Shown: piece after piece, positions 23,775-33,637 of the stretch
Layout of the letters: each line of letters begins with the position of its first letter
Numbering within the stretch: the first letter of the stretch is position 1
From: Gammaproteobacteria bacterium
GTDB taxonomy: Bacteria > Pseudomonadota > Gammaproteobacteria > Steroidobacterales > Foliamicaceae
Assembly: GCA_028821145.1 (NCBI GenBank)
Contig: JAPPHC010000023.1
Span: 5,305-69,304, forward strand
DNA: 64,000 nucleotides
Reading direction: 5' to 3'
Notes under the pieces: model-generated
Told to the model about the DNA's origin: nothing
What the model saw: only the letters and a program-made list of their open reading frames with translations
The model's database searches: none
Position numbers and translations under genes: made by a program

Positions 23775-24761
23775 TCACTCCAGCCGCCCTCGCTCGTCCG
23801 CGACGCGCAGCAGCGGCGCGAGCCGCGCCGCCAGCGATTCGGGGCCGAGCGCGAGAAGGTCGTCGTTGAAGTCGCCGCCCTCGGGCACGAGGACGGCGGT
23901 GCCCACGCCCGAGCGCGCGCAGCGCCGGGCGAGGCGTTCGGCGGCTCGATCCCCCTCGGGATCGTTGTCGCGCGCGACGATGAGCCGCTCGACGCCAGCC
24001 GGCGGCGCGAACGCGCCGAGGCTGCCGGCGGAGAGCGCGGCCGCGGCCGTGATCTCCGGCACGGCGGTCACCAGCGACAGCACCGTCTCGATGCCCTCGC
24101 CGAGCAGCAGCGTCGTGTCGGGCGATCCGAACCGGACCGCGTGCCCGTAAATCCTGCCGAGCGCCTTTCTCGGCGAGGCCACGCCCGCCTTGGCGGGCGA
24201 GCGCGGATCGAGCCAGGTACGCTGCACGCCCGTGACGGCGCCGTCGTCGCCGGTCACGGCGGCGACCAGCGCCGGCAGGCGGACGACGGAATGGCCCTTT
24301 CGGTAGCGAAGCTCGGGGTGAAAGCGCAGCGCCGCGAAGTGGCAGCGAGCCAGGCCCCGCGCCAGCAGATACTTCTCCGCGTGGGTGCCGGCGAGGGCGC
24401 GGCAACGCGCCCAGAGGCGGCGGGCCGCTTCCGTCGAGTCGTATGGCGTCGTCCCGCCCGTGGCCGGCGCAGCCGGCAGGGCGAGGAACGCGCGGGCCTC
24501 GGCGAGCGCCGCGCGCAGCGTCGGCGCATCCGAACGGATGCGGACGATGTCGAGCAGGTCGCCGTGCTGGCCGGTAGCCGCGTCGGTGAACTTGCCGGGC
24601 GCGCCCGGTCCTTCGAGGCGGACATAGAGCGAGCGCCCGCGGGCGCCGTCGAGGTCGCCCGCGACCCAATAGCGGCCCTGCCGGCGGCCGTGGGGAAGAT
24701 AGCGGCGGCAGACCTGCTCCGCCCGCGCGGCCAGCGCGGCGGCAATGCGGGCGGCGTTCAC
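23775..24761 (-). CDS. Toprim-domain protein (ICE/plasmid primase-like, DUF7146-type N-terminus)
   Basis: AEQVCRRYLPHGRRQGRYWVAGDLDG...GKFTDAATGQHGDLLDIV is followed by Toprim motifs LLLGEGIETVLS and ARDNDPEGDRAA. Start uncertain: GTG 24761 is preferred by homologue-like N-terminus; ATG 24881 is the alternative. Confidence 0.8.
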   Translation of the reverse strand: MNAARIAAALAARAEQVCRRYLPHGRRQGRYWVAGDLDGARGRSLYVRLEGPGAPGKFTDAATGQHGDLLDIVRIRSDAPTLRAALAEARAFLALPAAPATGGTTPYDSTEAARRLWARCRALAGTHAEKYLLARGLARCHFAALRFHPELRYRKGHSVVRLPALVAAVTGDDGAVTGVQRTWLDPRSPAKAGVASPRKALGRIYGHAVRFGSPDTTLLLGEGIETVLSLVTAVPEITAAAALSAGSLGAFAPPAGVERLIVARDNDPEGDRAAERLARRCARSGVGTAVLVPEGGDFNDDLLALGPESLAARLAPLLRVADERGRLE

Positions 24762-24924
24762 GGCGCCGTCCCTGTAGGGTGGCGTTGCGGCATGGGTGAC
24801 ACTCCTTGGGCTTGGGGAGAACGCCCGATACCGGCCGGCCTCCGCCTCTTGTCGGGGCCGGAGGATGAACGCACCGCGCATAGCGCGGTCGCGGCGCCCC
24901 GGAGGGGCGGGCTCGAAGCCGTCG

Positions 24925-24958
24925 GCAAAAGGGGGGACCGGCGCAAGCGCCGGTCCCC
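24925..24958 (-). terminator. Rho-independent terminator downstream of ssb
   Basis: Perfect 12-bp stem GGGGACCGGCGC/GCGCCGGTCCCC (24933-24958), followed on the minus strand by CCUUUUGCC. Lies 20 nt after the ssb stop. Confidence 0.75.
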
Positions 24959-24978
24959 GTGGGAGGACGGTTCAGACG

Positions 24979-25437
24979 TCAGAATGGGATGTCGTCGTCC
25001 ATCTCGCCGCCGTCGGCCGGCATGGCCGGTCCGGTGCCCTGGGCCTGGGCATCGGCCGCCGCGGTCCCGTTCCCGTTCGCGCCGTTGGGCTTGTCGAGGA
25101 ACTGGATCCGGCAGCCCGGTACCAGCAGGATCTCGGTCGAAAAGCGGTCGGACTCCTCGCCGTCCTTGCGCCAGCGCCGGGTCTGCAGCTTCCCGTCGAT
25201 GTAGACCAGCCGGCCCTTGCGGGCGTGCTTCTCGAGCATCGAGACGAGCCCGTCCTGGAAGGTGACGATGCGGTGCCACTCGGTCTTGTCGATCCGCTCG
25301 CCGCGCTGCTTGTTGAGGTAGGACTCGTCGGTCGCGATCGAGAGGTTCGCGACGCGCCCCCCGCTCGTGAGGTGGTTGACGGTCACGTCGGCGCCGAGGC
25401 GGCCGATGAGTTCCACGCGGTTCAATCCGAAAGCCAT
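24979..25437 (-). CDS. ssb: Canonical single-stranded DNA-binding protein
   Basis: MAFGLNRVELIGRLGADV, TEWHRIVTF, a Gly/Ala/Asn-rich linker and the canonical C-terminal tip DDDIPF. Confidence 0.9.
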   Translation of the reverse strand: MAFGLNRVELIGRLGADVTVNHLTSGGRVANLSIATDESYLNKQRGERIDKTEWHRIVTFQDGLVSMLEKHARKGRLVYIDGKLQTRRWRKDGEESDRFSTEILLVPGCRIQFLDKPNGANGNGTAAADAQAQGTGPAMPADGGEMDDDIPF

Positions 25438-25700
25438 GACTGTGCTCCTTGGTTGGTTGCTGTGACGTTGGGTTGCGAGCGCCCGGAAGCTGGGTCGATT
25501 CCTCTCCCCGGCCCCCGGCCGTTCATCCTTCTCCCCGCTTCCCTCCAACTCTGCCGAGGCAGCGGGTCGCGGTCCGGGCAAAGCCGGGTCCGGTCGTCGG
25601 CCAGGGCGTCGCGCACGGTTCGGACGTCGAGGCCGAGATCGGCGAGGAGGTCGCAGGCGGACGGAGCGATGGAATCGGTGTCGGGTTCGAAGAGGTACAT
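25422..25700 (-). CDS. Small hypothetical protein
   Basis: RBS AGGAGA upstream of ATG 25700. The first ~45 aa look protein-like (MYLFEPDTDSIAPSACDLLADLGLDVRTVRDALADD); the remainder is R/G-rich. Overlaps the ssb start by 16 nt. Confidence 0.35.
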   Translation of the reverse strand: MYLFEPDTDSIAPSACDLLADLGLDVRTVRDALADDRTRLCPDRDPLPRQSWREAGRRMNGRGPGRGIDPASGRSQPNVTATNQGAQSWLSD

Positions 25701-25804
25701 GGGGCGTCTCCTGTCGGACGCCCGGCGCGAGGGAGACCGCCTCCCTCTCATCCGCCGGGCGTTCGCCCGGCTTGCAACATTTCTCTGCCTCGGACGGCGG
25801 GGGC

Positions 25805-26332
25805 TCAGGCCGCGCGGCGGATGGCCTGCAGGCGCTCGCAGACGGTGCGCGGGGCGAGTACGCCGAGGTTCAGCACCGGGATGCCGCGTTCCACCGCGAT
25901 GCGCAGCGCCAGGCCCGTGCCGCCGGTAATCTCGCCTTCGGGGGTCCATGCCACCACCGCATCCACCGGCCGGTCGAGCCCGGGACCGAGGAGGATGGCG
26001 GCGTTCCTCGCATGGAGCTTGCGCACGGCCGGCGAACAGCGGCGCCAGGCGGGATGCAGGCGCTCGGCCACGGCCATCCAGTCGGCGAGTTCAGCCTGGG
26101 ACGGAACCCGGCAGTCCGACCCGGCGTGTCCGTTGTAGCCCGCCCACGGAAGGTACAGCGTGCGCTGAGCCCCCGGCGCCCCCGTCGCGAACGCCGTATC
26201 GGCCCCGGATGCGCCGCCGCTTGCCAGACGCCAGCCGGTGCGCGCGAGCCAGGCCGCGATGGTCGTCATGTCGGCCAGCACGGGTTCTGGGGTGGCGCGG
26301 GCGCCGATGCCAGCATAGATGGGTGCGTTCAT
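25805..26332 (-). CDS. DprA/Smf-like (SLOG superfamily) Rossmann-fold protein
   Basis: IYAGIGARATP...GWRLASGGASGADTAF...ARNAAILLG...VVAWTPEGEITGGTGLALRIA matches the DprA/SLOG nucleotide-binding core without the DprA C-terminal domains. Confidence 0.65.
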   Translation of the reverse strand: MNAPIYAGIGARATPEPVLADMTTIAAWLARTGWRLASGGASGADTAFATGAPGAQRTLYLPWAGYNGHAGSDCRVPSQAELADWMAVAERLHPAWRRCSPAVRKLHARNAAILLGPGLDRPVDAVVAWTPEGEITGGTGLALRIAVERGIPVLNLGVLAPRTVCERLQAIRRAA

Positions 26333-26646
26333 GTCGCGGCCTCCGGAATGGGGATGGCGGCCGCGGTCCTCACTCTCGACTCGCGGCCTTCCCCCGGACC
26401 CCGGCTGTCCTCCAACCTATGGACAAGTACGCTGCTCGAAAGGGATCGAGCCGAAGGGCGGCCGGCCGGCGGCGCAGCAGTGGGGCGAGCGCCCCGGGGT
26501 GGATTCAGCCCGAACCGGACACCGCGATGCGCGCGTTCGAATAATCCGGGATTTCCCGGTTTATTCCACCGCGGCGGATCGATCCAGGAAAACGGCTCTA
26601 GATGTCCGGACGGCTGCCCGGCAGCGGCCCGCGCCGCGCGGCGGGC

Positions 26647-26982
26647 TCAGCCGGTATCGGCGGCGATGCGCAGCCGGCCTCCGTCGTCCGAGCGCGGCGG
26701 GCGGATGACGATGTCGACATCGCGCCCGAGCGCGTTCAGCAGGCGGAACAGCCGTTCCAGCGAATACTCCCGGAAGTCGCCCCGCAGGAGCCGCGAGACG
26801 TCCGGCTGGGTCAGCCCGAGCAGCCGTCCGGCCTCGGCCTGGGTGATGCCGCGCCGGCGCACCAGCGCGTCGATGCGCCCGACCAGTTCGGCCTTGAGCA
26901 GGTGGGCGTCGGCCCCGGGTCGGCCCAGGTCGGCGAACACGTTGCCGGAGCCGGGTTCGATGCGGGTGTCGGGTTCGGTCAT
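26647..26982 (-). CDS. higA: XRE-family HTH antitoxin (HigA-like)
   Basis: ITQAEAGRLLGLTQPDVSRLLRGDFREYSLERLFRLLNALG is a typical HTH_XRE antitoxin. Lies 4 nt downstream of the toxin gene. Confidence 0.85.
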   Translation of the reverse strand: MTEPDTRIEPGSGNVFADLGRPGADAHLLKAELVGRIDALVRRRGITQAEAGRLLGLTQPDVSRLLRGDFREYSLERLFRLLNALGRDVDIVIRPPRSDDGGRLRIAADTG

Positions 26983-26986
26983 GGTC

Positions 26987-27340
26987 TTATCCTCCGCCAT
27001 GCTCGTCGTGATGGCGTCCGGCCGCGCGCAGCCGGCGCCGGACGAGGTCCAGTTCCTGCTTCGGGGTGGCCACGCCCCGCTTCGCCTTCTTGCGGAAGGC
27101 GTGCAGGACATAGACGGCGGACTCGAACCGCACGGTGTAGACCGCCCGATACGCGTCGCCGCCGTGGCGGGCGGCGACCTGAAGGACGCCGGCGCCGAAG
27201 CCCTTGAGCGGCTTGGCGTCGCGGTGCCGGCCCCCGGCCTGGGCCTGGTAGATCGCAAAACCCATGCGGTCCTGCACGGCATCGGGAAACCGCTTCAGAT
27301 CCGCTTTGCTCGAACCGACCCATTGGACTTGTTTCAGCAT
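26987..27340 (-). CDS. higB: RelE/ParE-superfamily toxin (HigB / Gp49-like)
   Basis: WVGSSKADLKRFPDAVQDRMGFAIYQAQAGGRHRDAKPLKGFGAGVLQV...YRAVYTVRFESAVYVLHAFRKK is the Gp49/HigB-type pattern. The toxin-first order is typical of higBA. Confidence 0.85.
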   Translation of the reverse strand: MLKQVQWVGSSKADLKRFPDAVQDRMGFAIYQAQAGGRHRDAKPLKGFGAGVLQVAARHGGDAYRAVYTVRFESAVYVLHAFRKKAKRGVATPKQELDLVRRRLRAAGRHHDEHGGG

Positions 27341-27401
27341 GGCATGGTTGATTGTGAATTATAGGGGTTTCCCCATACAGGGCCAAGGCGTTGCCGGGCG
27401 C

Positions 27402-27672
27402 TCAGTGCCACGGCGGCTCATCGAGCCCGCCGTCTTCCTCGCGCATCGACGCGGCGGCCAGGGCCGTCCAGGCCTCGCGGTCGAGCCCGAGGCGGCGGTT
27501 GAGCTTGTCGCAGATGCCGAGCGCGTCGTCGAGATCGAGCGCGATCAGCGCCGTGGGGACGTGGCCGGTGAGCCCCTCGATGACGATGCGGATCTGTTGC
27601 ACGTCGGCCTCCACGTCGTAGGCGGGGCAGAAGCAGAAGTTGGGATTGTCCGGCAGGGTCTGCTCGGTCATG
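27402..27672 (-). CDS. Hypothetical protein (89 aa)
   Basis: RBS GGAGA upstream of ATG 27672. Sequence MTEQTLPDNPNFCFCPAYDVEADVQQIRIVIEGLTGHVPTALIALDLDD.... No family recognised. Confidence 0.5.
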
Positions 27673-27790
27673 GGACGTTCTCCGTGGCTGTGTGGGGCGC
27701 GGCGACAAGACAGCATGCACGCGCCCGGGCGATGGGGGAAGCGCGGTTCTGCCTGCACGGAACCCCGCGGGTCGGTCATACGGATGGCGG

Positions 27791-27850
27791 ACCCTGGCGA
27801 GTCGGCAGGCCCTGGCGGGCCGGCGGTACGTACCCTGGCGGGCCGGCAGC
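27791..27850. repeat. Three tandem copies of a ~20-nt GC-rich direct repeat
   Basis: The copies are ACCCTGGCGAGTCGGCAGG, CCCTGGCGGGCCGGCGG and ACCCTGGCGGGCCGGCAGC. CCCTGGCG starts at 27792, 27810 and 27833. The array lies in the gap between the methylase-helicase stop and the next gene. Confidence 0.6.
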
Positions 27851-27878
27851 ACGCGCTGTATCGGACATTCGATCCGCG

Positions 27879-30800
27879 TCACGCGGGCGGCCAGCGTTCG
27901 AGCACCCGGCCGAGCGTCCCGGCGTCCGGCGCGAACACGCGGGCGCGGTAGGAAACGATCTCCACCGTGCAGCCGAGGCGCTTGAGCGCCGGCAGATCGG
28001 TGTCGGCGGGGCCCTCGATCTCGACGCGGTCGGCGCCCATGAGGCGGCGCCGTGCGACGCGCCAGCCGTTGGCCAGCGGGACGGCGGCCCCGCGCGAAAG
28101 CACCGCCTCGAACGCCTCCTCCCCGGTCATGTCGAACCCGCCGCCCAGGCCGAACGCCTGCCGCACGGCGCGGACCTGTTCGGCATCGAGCACGCGCCCG
28201 ATCAACGCCGCGCCCTCGTCGGTGGTGAGCCGGCGCACGCGCATGTTCTCCGCGGGCAGCCGGTCCCAGACCGGCAAGAGAAGCCCCGTGGCGAGCCAGA
28301 ACCGGGATTCCCGGTGCGACGGCAGCGCGACCACCTCCGCGTCCCAGATGCGCCGCCAGTCGGCCTCCGGTGCCCGGCGCCAATGCGAGGCGCGCAGTTC
28401 GTCGCGCGCCATCGACTGGCGGGCGTCGGGCCGCACGAGACGCAGGCGCTCCTGCACCCCGCCGTCGTCGAACAGCCGCGACGGCGCGGACAGCACCACC
28501 GCGGCGCGCTGAGAGCGGGTGTTGACCGCGAGTCTCGGGTTGCCGTCGGGTCCGGGATCGCGGGTGGCGAGCGCGAGCGCCGCGTCCGCCGTTGTCGGCT
28601 GAAGCCGGTCGCGGCGCAGGATCTCGACCAGCTCCGTTGCCGCCCCGGTCCCGGGGTGATCGTACAGTGTTTCCCGTCCGGCCACGGCCAGCGAGTCCGC
28701 CTGCACCGTCTCGACGCCGAGCTCGTAGGTGCCGGCTTCGACGGCCTGCTCGATGTTGGCGGCGATGCGCGTTTCAAGCTCGGCGAACAGCTCGTTCTGC
28801 TCGTCGATGGGCAGCGCCAGCAGCCGGTTCAGGAACTTCGGCATGGGCGGCAGGTTTTCCTTCAGGGAACCCTCGTGGGAGAGTTTGAGGCCGGTCGCGT
28901 CCTCGAACCGCTCCGGCGTCCAGCCGCCGATGCGCCCGAGCCACAGCGAGCCGTAGAACTGGCGCAGCGCCGCCTTGGCGTAGACGCTTTCCAGGTTGTC
29001 GCTCTCGCGGAACAGCGATTGCCCGCCGCCCATGGCGGTCTGGCTGTCTCTCTGCCCGCGGGTGATGGCGCCGAGGCTGTCGAGCCGCCGGGCGATGGTG
29101 GCGATGAACCGGCGCTCGCCCTTCACGTCGGTGGCCACGGGCCGGAACAGCGGAGAGAAAGCCTGGTGCGTGCGGTGCGTCCTGCCGAGCCCCTGGATCG
29201 CCTGGTCGGCCCGCCATCCGGGTTCCAGCAGGTAATGCACGCGCCGCTCGGTGTTGGCGCACGAGAGGTCGGCGTGGTAGCTGCGCCCGGTGCCGCCGGC
29301 CATGGAGAACACCAGGATGCGCTTGGTCCCGTCCATGAACGCGGCGGCCTCGGACAGGTTCGCCGACGCCGGCCGGTTGCGCAGCGCCAGGCGCTCGCCG
29401 CGCGCGTCGGCGATACGCAATACCCGCCGCGAGCGCCCGGTCACCTCCGCCACGGCGTCGTGCCCGAAGTGCTGCACGATCTGGTCGAGCGCGGCAGGTA
29501 CCGGCGGCAGCGCCGCGAGTTTCTCGATCAGGGCGTCGCGCCGGTCCACTGCCTCGCCGCAGAGCACGGGATTGCCGTCGGCGTCGAACACCGGCCGCGA
29601 CATCAGGTTGCCCTCGGCGTCGGTGAACGGTTCCTGGAGCTGCACCGGGAACGCGTGGGCGAGGAACTCGATCACGGTCTCCCGGGGCGTGAGATCGACG
29701 TTGAGATCGTCCCATTCCGAGGCCGGGATCTCGGCGAGCCTTCTCTCCATGAGCGCCTCGCCTGTGGACACGAGCTGCACCACAGCGGAGCGCCCCTGCT
29801 CAAGATCGGCCTCGATGGCGCGGATCAGCGACGGGCACTTCATGGAAGTGAGCAGGTGGCCGAAGAACCGTTGCTTGGCGCCCTCGAACGCCGACATCGC
29901 CGCGGATTTCGCGTTGCGGTTCAGCGTCGATTCGCCGTCGGCGATGCCGGTGGCGTTCAGCGCCTCGGTGAGATTGGCGTGGATGACCTTGAACGCCCCG
30001 GCGTAGGCGTCGTAGATGCGCCGCTGGGCGTCGCTCAGCGGGTGTTCGAGGATGTCCACTTCCACGCCGTCGTAGGACAGCGCGCGGGCCTGGTAGAGGC
30101 CGAGCGCCTTGAGATCGCGCGCGACCACTTCGAGTGCGGCGACGCCGCCCGCCTCCATGGCGGAGACGAACTCCGCGCGGGTCTCGAAAGGGGTCTCGCC
30201 GGAAGCCCAGAGTCCCAGCCGCCCGGCGTAAGCCAGCCCCGGCACGGTCGTGGCGCCGGTGGCGGAGACATAGACGACGCGCGCGTCCGGCAGCGCGTGC
30301 TGGAGCCGTAGACCGGCACGGCCCTGCTGCGAGGGCGCGATGTCGCCGCGATTGCCCTTGCCGCCCGCGGCGTTGGCCATGGCGTGGGCCTCGTCGAACA
30401 CCACGACCCCGTCGAAGGCGTGGCGATCGTCCTCGTCGAGGCTGCCCGCGAGCCATCCGACGATCTGGTCGAGCCGCGAGGCGACCTGCCGTCGCGCCAG
30501 CGACCCCTGTCGGGCCGGCGAGCGCAGGGTCGCGTAGGTCGCGAACAGGATGCCTTCGGTGAGCGGGATCTCCGCGCCCTGGCGGAACTTGCCGAGGGGG
30601 ATCACGTCGGTTTCCCGGCCCCCGAGCGCAAACCAGTCGCGGCGCGCGTCCTCCAGCAGCTTGTCGGACTGCGACAGCCAGAGCGCCCGGCGCTGTCCCT
30701 TGAGCCAGCGGTCGAGCACAAGGGCGGCGACCTGCCGGCCCTTGCCCGCGCCGGTGCCGTCGCCGAGCATCCAGCCGCGCCGGAATCGCACCGGTTCGGA

Positions 30801-32408
30801 CAGCGTCTCGCCGTCGGCGGTGGCGCCGTCATCCTGCGGTTCGCCGTCCTCGCCGCAGCGATGCACGGTTTCCCAGCCCGAGCCGATGCGGTAGCGGGCC
30901 GCAAGGTGTCCGGCATGGGCCGCGCCCGCGAGCGCGACGCTCTCGAGCTGGGCATCGGACAGCGCCGCCCCGGTCACGACCCGTTCCGGCAGCATCGGCC
31001 GGTACGACGGCGTCGGATGCGGGACGGCCGCCATGGCCGCGGACTGCACCAGCGGGGTCGGATGGGCGGTGGCGCCCGGCACCCGCACCACGCTCGGGCG
31101 CCACGCCGCGTAGGGGCCGGCGGATGGGGTCCCGGACGATTCGGTGTCGGGAACGGCCGCGCCTCCGATATCCAGTTCCGCCACGGTCCCCCAATCGTGG
31201 GCGGGCTGCGCGGCAGGCCGGGCGGCGTTCCGGCGGGCCGTGGCGGATTGCCGAGTTCGTGGGCCCGGGACGTGCCCGAACAGGTCGGCGCCGGGCGCGG
31301 GTTCGACGCTCGGCCGCGGCGGGACGGAAGCGATCACGGCGTCGAGCAGTTCGGCGGTATTGGCGGCGCGGGCCGAGGGATCGACGGCGATGCCGGGTTC
31401 GGAACTCCGGTCGACGACCGTGAGCCGCGTCTCGAACCCGGTGCCCCGCCGCGCGTAGGCGCGCCCGTCGATGGCCATCGTGAACACGACGCGCGCGCCG
31501 GACTGCGGCGCGAACGCGCCGTCCCAGGCCGCATCCCCGGGCACGCAGTTCGCCGAGGTGACGGCGACGAGCCGGCCGCCTTCGGGCAGCATCGCGAACG
31601 CCGAGCGGACGTGCCTGAGGTCCGCGCCGCGGCGGCTGCGCGACACGCCCGGGGTGGCCGAGAACGGCGGGTTCATCAGCACCACCGACGGCCGCACGTG
31701 CGGCAGGAAGTCGGCGAGGGCTTCGGCGTTGTGGCGGGTGACTTCGGCCTCCGGGAACAGCCCGGCGAGGACTGCCGCCCGCACGGGCGCGATTTCGTTG
31801 AGATGCAGCGCGCCCACAGCTTGCCGCCCGAGCGCGCACTGGGCCATCACGGCGAGCATTCCGGTGCCGGCGGACGGTTCGAGCACGGCATCGCCGGGCC
31901 GCACGGCGGCGGCCTTCAGCGCCGCGTAGGCCATCGGCAGGGGCGTGGAGAACTGCTGCAGGCGCACCTGTTCCTCGGACCGCCGGGTGTGCGAGGGCTC
32001 CAGCGCCGCCAGGGCGCAGAGCATGGCGAGCATGTTGGCGGGACCGTCCGGGCCGGCTCCGGCGCGGCGGCGCATGGCGCGCCCGTAGCGTTGCAGGAAC
32101 AGCACCAGCGCGGCCTCGGCCGCTTCGTAGGCGTCCTTCCAGGCCCAGGCGCCCCCGGCGTCGGTCCCGCCGAACGCGCGGGTCATGGCGTCTCTCAGCG
32201 TGGACGCGTCGAGCGGTCGGCCGCCCTCCAGAGCGGACAGCAGGGTCCGGGCCGCGGCGATGAGGGCTTCGGCCCTGGCGGGCGGCAGGACGGACTTGGC
32301 GGACGGCGGGACAGTCTTGGCAGACGGCGAGACGTGGCCCGCGAAAGGCGCGAGTGGCGGGGCGGACGGGCGCGCGGCGGCGTCCGCCGGGGAAACGGCG
32401 TCGGGCAT
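27879..32408 (-). CDS. N6-adenine DNA methyltransferase fused to strawberry-notch/SNF2-like helicase (1509 aa)
   Basis: Methyltransferase motif I VLEPSAGTGMLA and motif IV VVLMNPPF. Helicase motif I GDGTGAGKGRQ and motif II VVVFDEAHAMAN. Long C-terminal helicase region as in plasmid/ICE strawberry-notch proteins. Confidence 0.9.
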   Translation of the reverse strand: MPDAVSPADAAARPSAPPLAPFAGHVSPSAKTVPPSAKSVLPPARAEALIAAARTLLSALEGGRPLDASTLRDAMTRAFGGTDAGGAWAWKDAYEAAEAALVLFLQRYGRAMRRRAGAGPDGPANMLAMLCALAALEPSHTRRSEEQVRLQQFSTPLPMAYAALKAAAVRPGDAVLEPSAGTGMLAVMAQCALGRQAVGALHLNEIAPVRAAVLAGLFPEAEVTRHNAEALADFLPHVRPSVVLMNPPFSATPGVSRSRRGADLRHVRSAFAMLPEGGRLVAVTSANCVPGDAAWDGAFAPQSGARVVFTMAIDGRAYARRGTGFETRLTVVDRSSEPGIAVDPSARAANTAELLDAVIASVPPRPSVEPAPGADLFGHVPGPRTRQSATARRNAARPAAQPAHDWGTVAELDIGGAAVPDTESSGTPSAGPYAAWRPSVVRVPGATAHPTPLVQSAAMAAVPHPTPSYRPMLPERVVTGAALSDAQLESVALAGAAHAGHLAARYRIGSGWETVHRCGEDGEPQDDGATADGETLSEPVRFRRGWMLGDGTGAGKGRQVAALVLDRWLKGQRRALWLSQSDKLLEDARRDWFALGGRETDVIPLGKFRQGAEIPLTEGILFATYATLRSPARQGSLARRQVASRLDQIVGWLAGSLDEDDRHAFDGVVVFDEAHAMANAAGGKGNRGDIAPSQQGRAGLRLQHALPDARVVYVSATGATTVPGLAYAGRLGLWASGETPFETRAEFVSAMEAGGVAALEVVARDLKALGLYQARALSYDGVEVDILEHPLSDAQRRIYDAYAGAFKVIHANLTEALNATGIADGESTLNRNAKSAAMSAFEGAKQRFFGHLLTSMKCPSLIRAIEADLEQGRSAVVQLVSTGEALMERRLAEIPASEWDDLNVDLTPRETVIEFLAHAFPVQLQEPFTDAEGNLMSRPVFDADGNPVLCGEAVDRRDALIEKLAALPPVPAALDQIVQHFGHDAVAEVTGRSRRVLRIADARGERLALRNRPASANLSEAAAFMDGTKRILVFSMAGGTGRSYHADLSCANTERRVHYLLEPGWRADQAIQGLGRTHRTHQAFSPLFRPVATDVKGERRFIATIARRLDSLGAITRGQRDSQTAMGGGQSLFRESDNLESVYAKAALRQFYGSLWLGRIGGWTPERFEDATGLKLSHEGSLKENLPPMPKFLNRLLALPIDEQNELFAELETRIAANIEQAVEAGTYELGVETVQADSLAVAGRETLYDHPGTGAATELVEILRRDRLQPTTADAALALATRDPGPDGNPRLAVNTRSQRAAVVLSAPSRLFDDGGVQERLRLVRPDARQSMARDELRASHWRRAPEADWRRIWDAEVVALPSHRESRFWLATGLLLPVWDRLPAENMRVRRLTTDEGAALIGRVLDAEQVRAVRQAFGLGGGFDMTGEEAFEAVLSRGAAVPLANGWRVARRRLMGADRVEIEGPADTDLPALKRLGCTVEIVSYRARVFAPDAGTLGRVLERWPPA

Positions 32409-32552
32409 GGAAGTCTCCGGATGGGTCGGGATGAAAGGCCAGCGGCGAAACGCGGCGGGATCCCTCCCGCGCCGCGCCGCCGGGCCGCTTGCCGAACCGC
32501 CCGCCGGACTCCTCGCGGCGGAACGCGGAATCGCGGCTGAATGCGGCGGCGG

Positions 32553-33197
32553 TCAGCCGAAACGGACGCCGGCTTCGGTGAACGTCCAGGCATTGACGGC
32601 CAGGGTCTCGTCCACCACGGCGTCGGACGTTCGGTAGTCGTACTCGCGCTCGAGCTGGCGATAGAGCCAGCGGGCCAGATCGCGCATGGCCTCGATGACC
32701 GTGTCCTCGGCGCCGTCCGTCATGGGCTGCCAGGTCGGGCTGCCGCGCTCGACGTCGATGGTCATCGTGTACTCGTGGCAGTAGCGCCCGCGCTGGCGGA
32801 CATCCGCGGCGAGCTGGAAAAAGTTCCGGCGCTGGACCGCCTGAAGGGTGTCGGCGATGGCGTGCAGATCCGTGTCGCGCGGGGCGTGCGCCCGGATGGC
32901 GCGGGCTGCGCCGATGGCGTATTCGTACGTCGCGGAGAACGACGCGCCATCGCCCTGCGAGGAAAATCCTCTATAGAAGATCTGCGGCTTCTCGCGCGTC
33001 CCGCCGCCCATCAAGGGAACCGGATGGGTCTTGAGCGTCACGCCGAGAAGTCCGCAGACGGTCTCGAAGTCGTCGTACACGAACTCGTGCCAGTCATGGT
33101 CCAGGCAGGAATCCCGGTACCAGGCGCGGGCGCGCTCCTTCGCCGCGCCGGACAGTTCCTTCAACTCGTAGACTGTGGTTTCGACAATGCGGGGCAT
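32553..33197 (-). CDS. Conserved plasmid/ICE-type protein of unknown function (214 aa)
   Basis: ATG 33197 lies 5 nt after the upstream stop. Sequence includes ERARAWYRDSCLDHDWHEFVYDDFE...IFYRGFSSQGDGASFSATYEY. No confident family call. Confidence 0.6.
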   Translation of the reverse strand: MPRIVETTVYELKELSGAAKERARAWYRDSCLDHDWHEFVYDDFETVCGLLGVTLKTHPVPLMGGGTREKPQIFYRGFSSQGDGASFSATYEYAIGAARAIRAHAPRDTDLHAIADTLQAVQRRNFFQLAADVRQRGRYCHEYTMTIDVERGSPTWQPMTDGAEDTVIEAMRDLARWLYRQLEREYDYRTSDAVVDETLAVNAWTFTEAGVRFG

Positions 33198-33202
33198 GGG
33201 CC

Positions 33203-33637
33203 TTAGCTCCCGGGCCGCGCGGCGGCGGAACGCACAGCGTCGGGTTGCGGATCCGTCCGGGTCGCGGCGGCGGCGTGGCGACTCAGCGCCGCATCGAGCT
33301 CGGGGCCGCGCTCGACGATGCGCCGGGCCGCCCGCGCGGCCTCGGCGTACACGGAGATCGGCCCCCTGGCGCGGAAATGCAGGTCCCGCTCGATCGTCAG
33401 GCCGAACGGCAGGCGGGTGGCGGCGATCTCCGAAAGGCTGGCGTAGCCCAGTTCCGGGAAGCCGAAGCCCAGATCGCACAATCCGAACAGAGTGTCCTCG
33501 TCCTCGCCGAGTTCGGTGAACAGCCAGGTGGCGGCGCCGCAAGGGTTGAACAGCTTGAGCGGGGGCCGGGGATCGGCGTCTGGCAATGCGGCGTTCTTCA
33601 GCAGTTCGGCGCGCTGGGCCTCGGTGATGAGTTTCAT
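33203..33637 (-). CDS. DUF2958-like protein
   Basis: MKLITEAQRAELLKNA...PLKLFNPCGAATWLFTELGEDEDTLFGLCDLGFGFPELGYASLSEI is the pattern I recall for DUF2958. ATGA overlap with the upstream ORF. Confidence 0.75.
   Translation of the reverse strand: MKLITEAQRAELLKNAALPDADPRPPLKLFNPCGAATWLFTELGEDEDTLFGLCDLGFGFPELGYASLSEIAATRLPFGLTIERDLHFRARGPISVYAEAARAARRIVERGPELDAALSRHAAAATRTDPQPDAVRSAAARPGS

Noticed and set aside
27264-32540. Plus-strand ORFs 27264-30311 (1015 aa) and 30384-32540 (718 aa)
   Set aside because: These are antisense shadows of the 1509-aa methylase-helicase gene, which has clear NPPF, GTGAGKG and DEAH-like motifs on the minus strand. The plus-strand products are low-complexity and R/G/E-rich.
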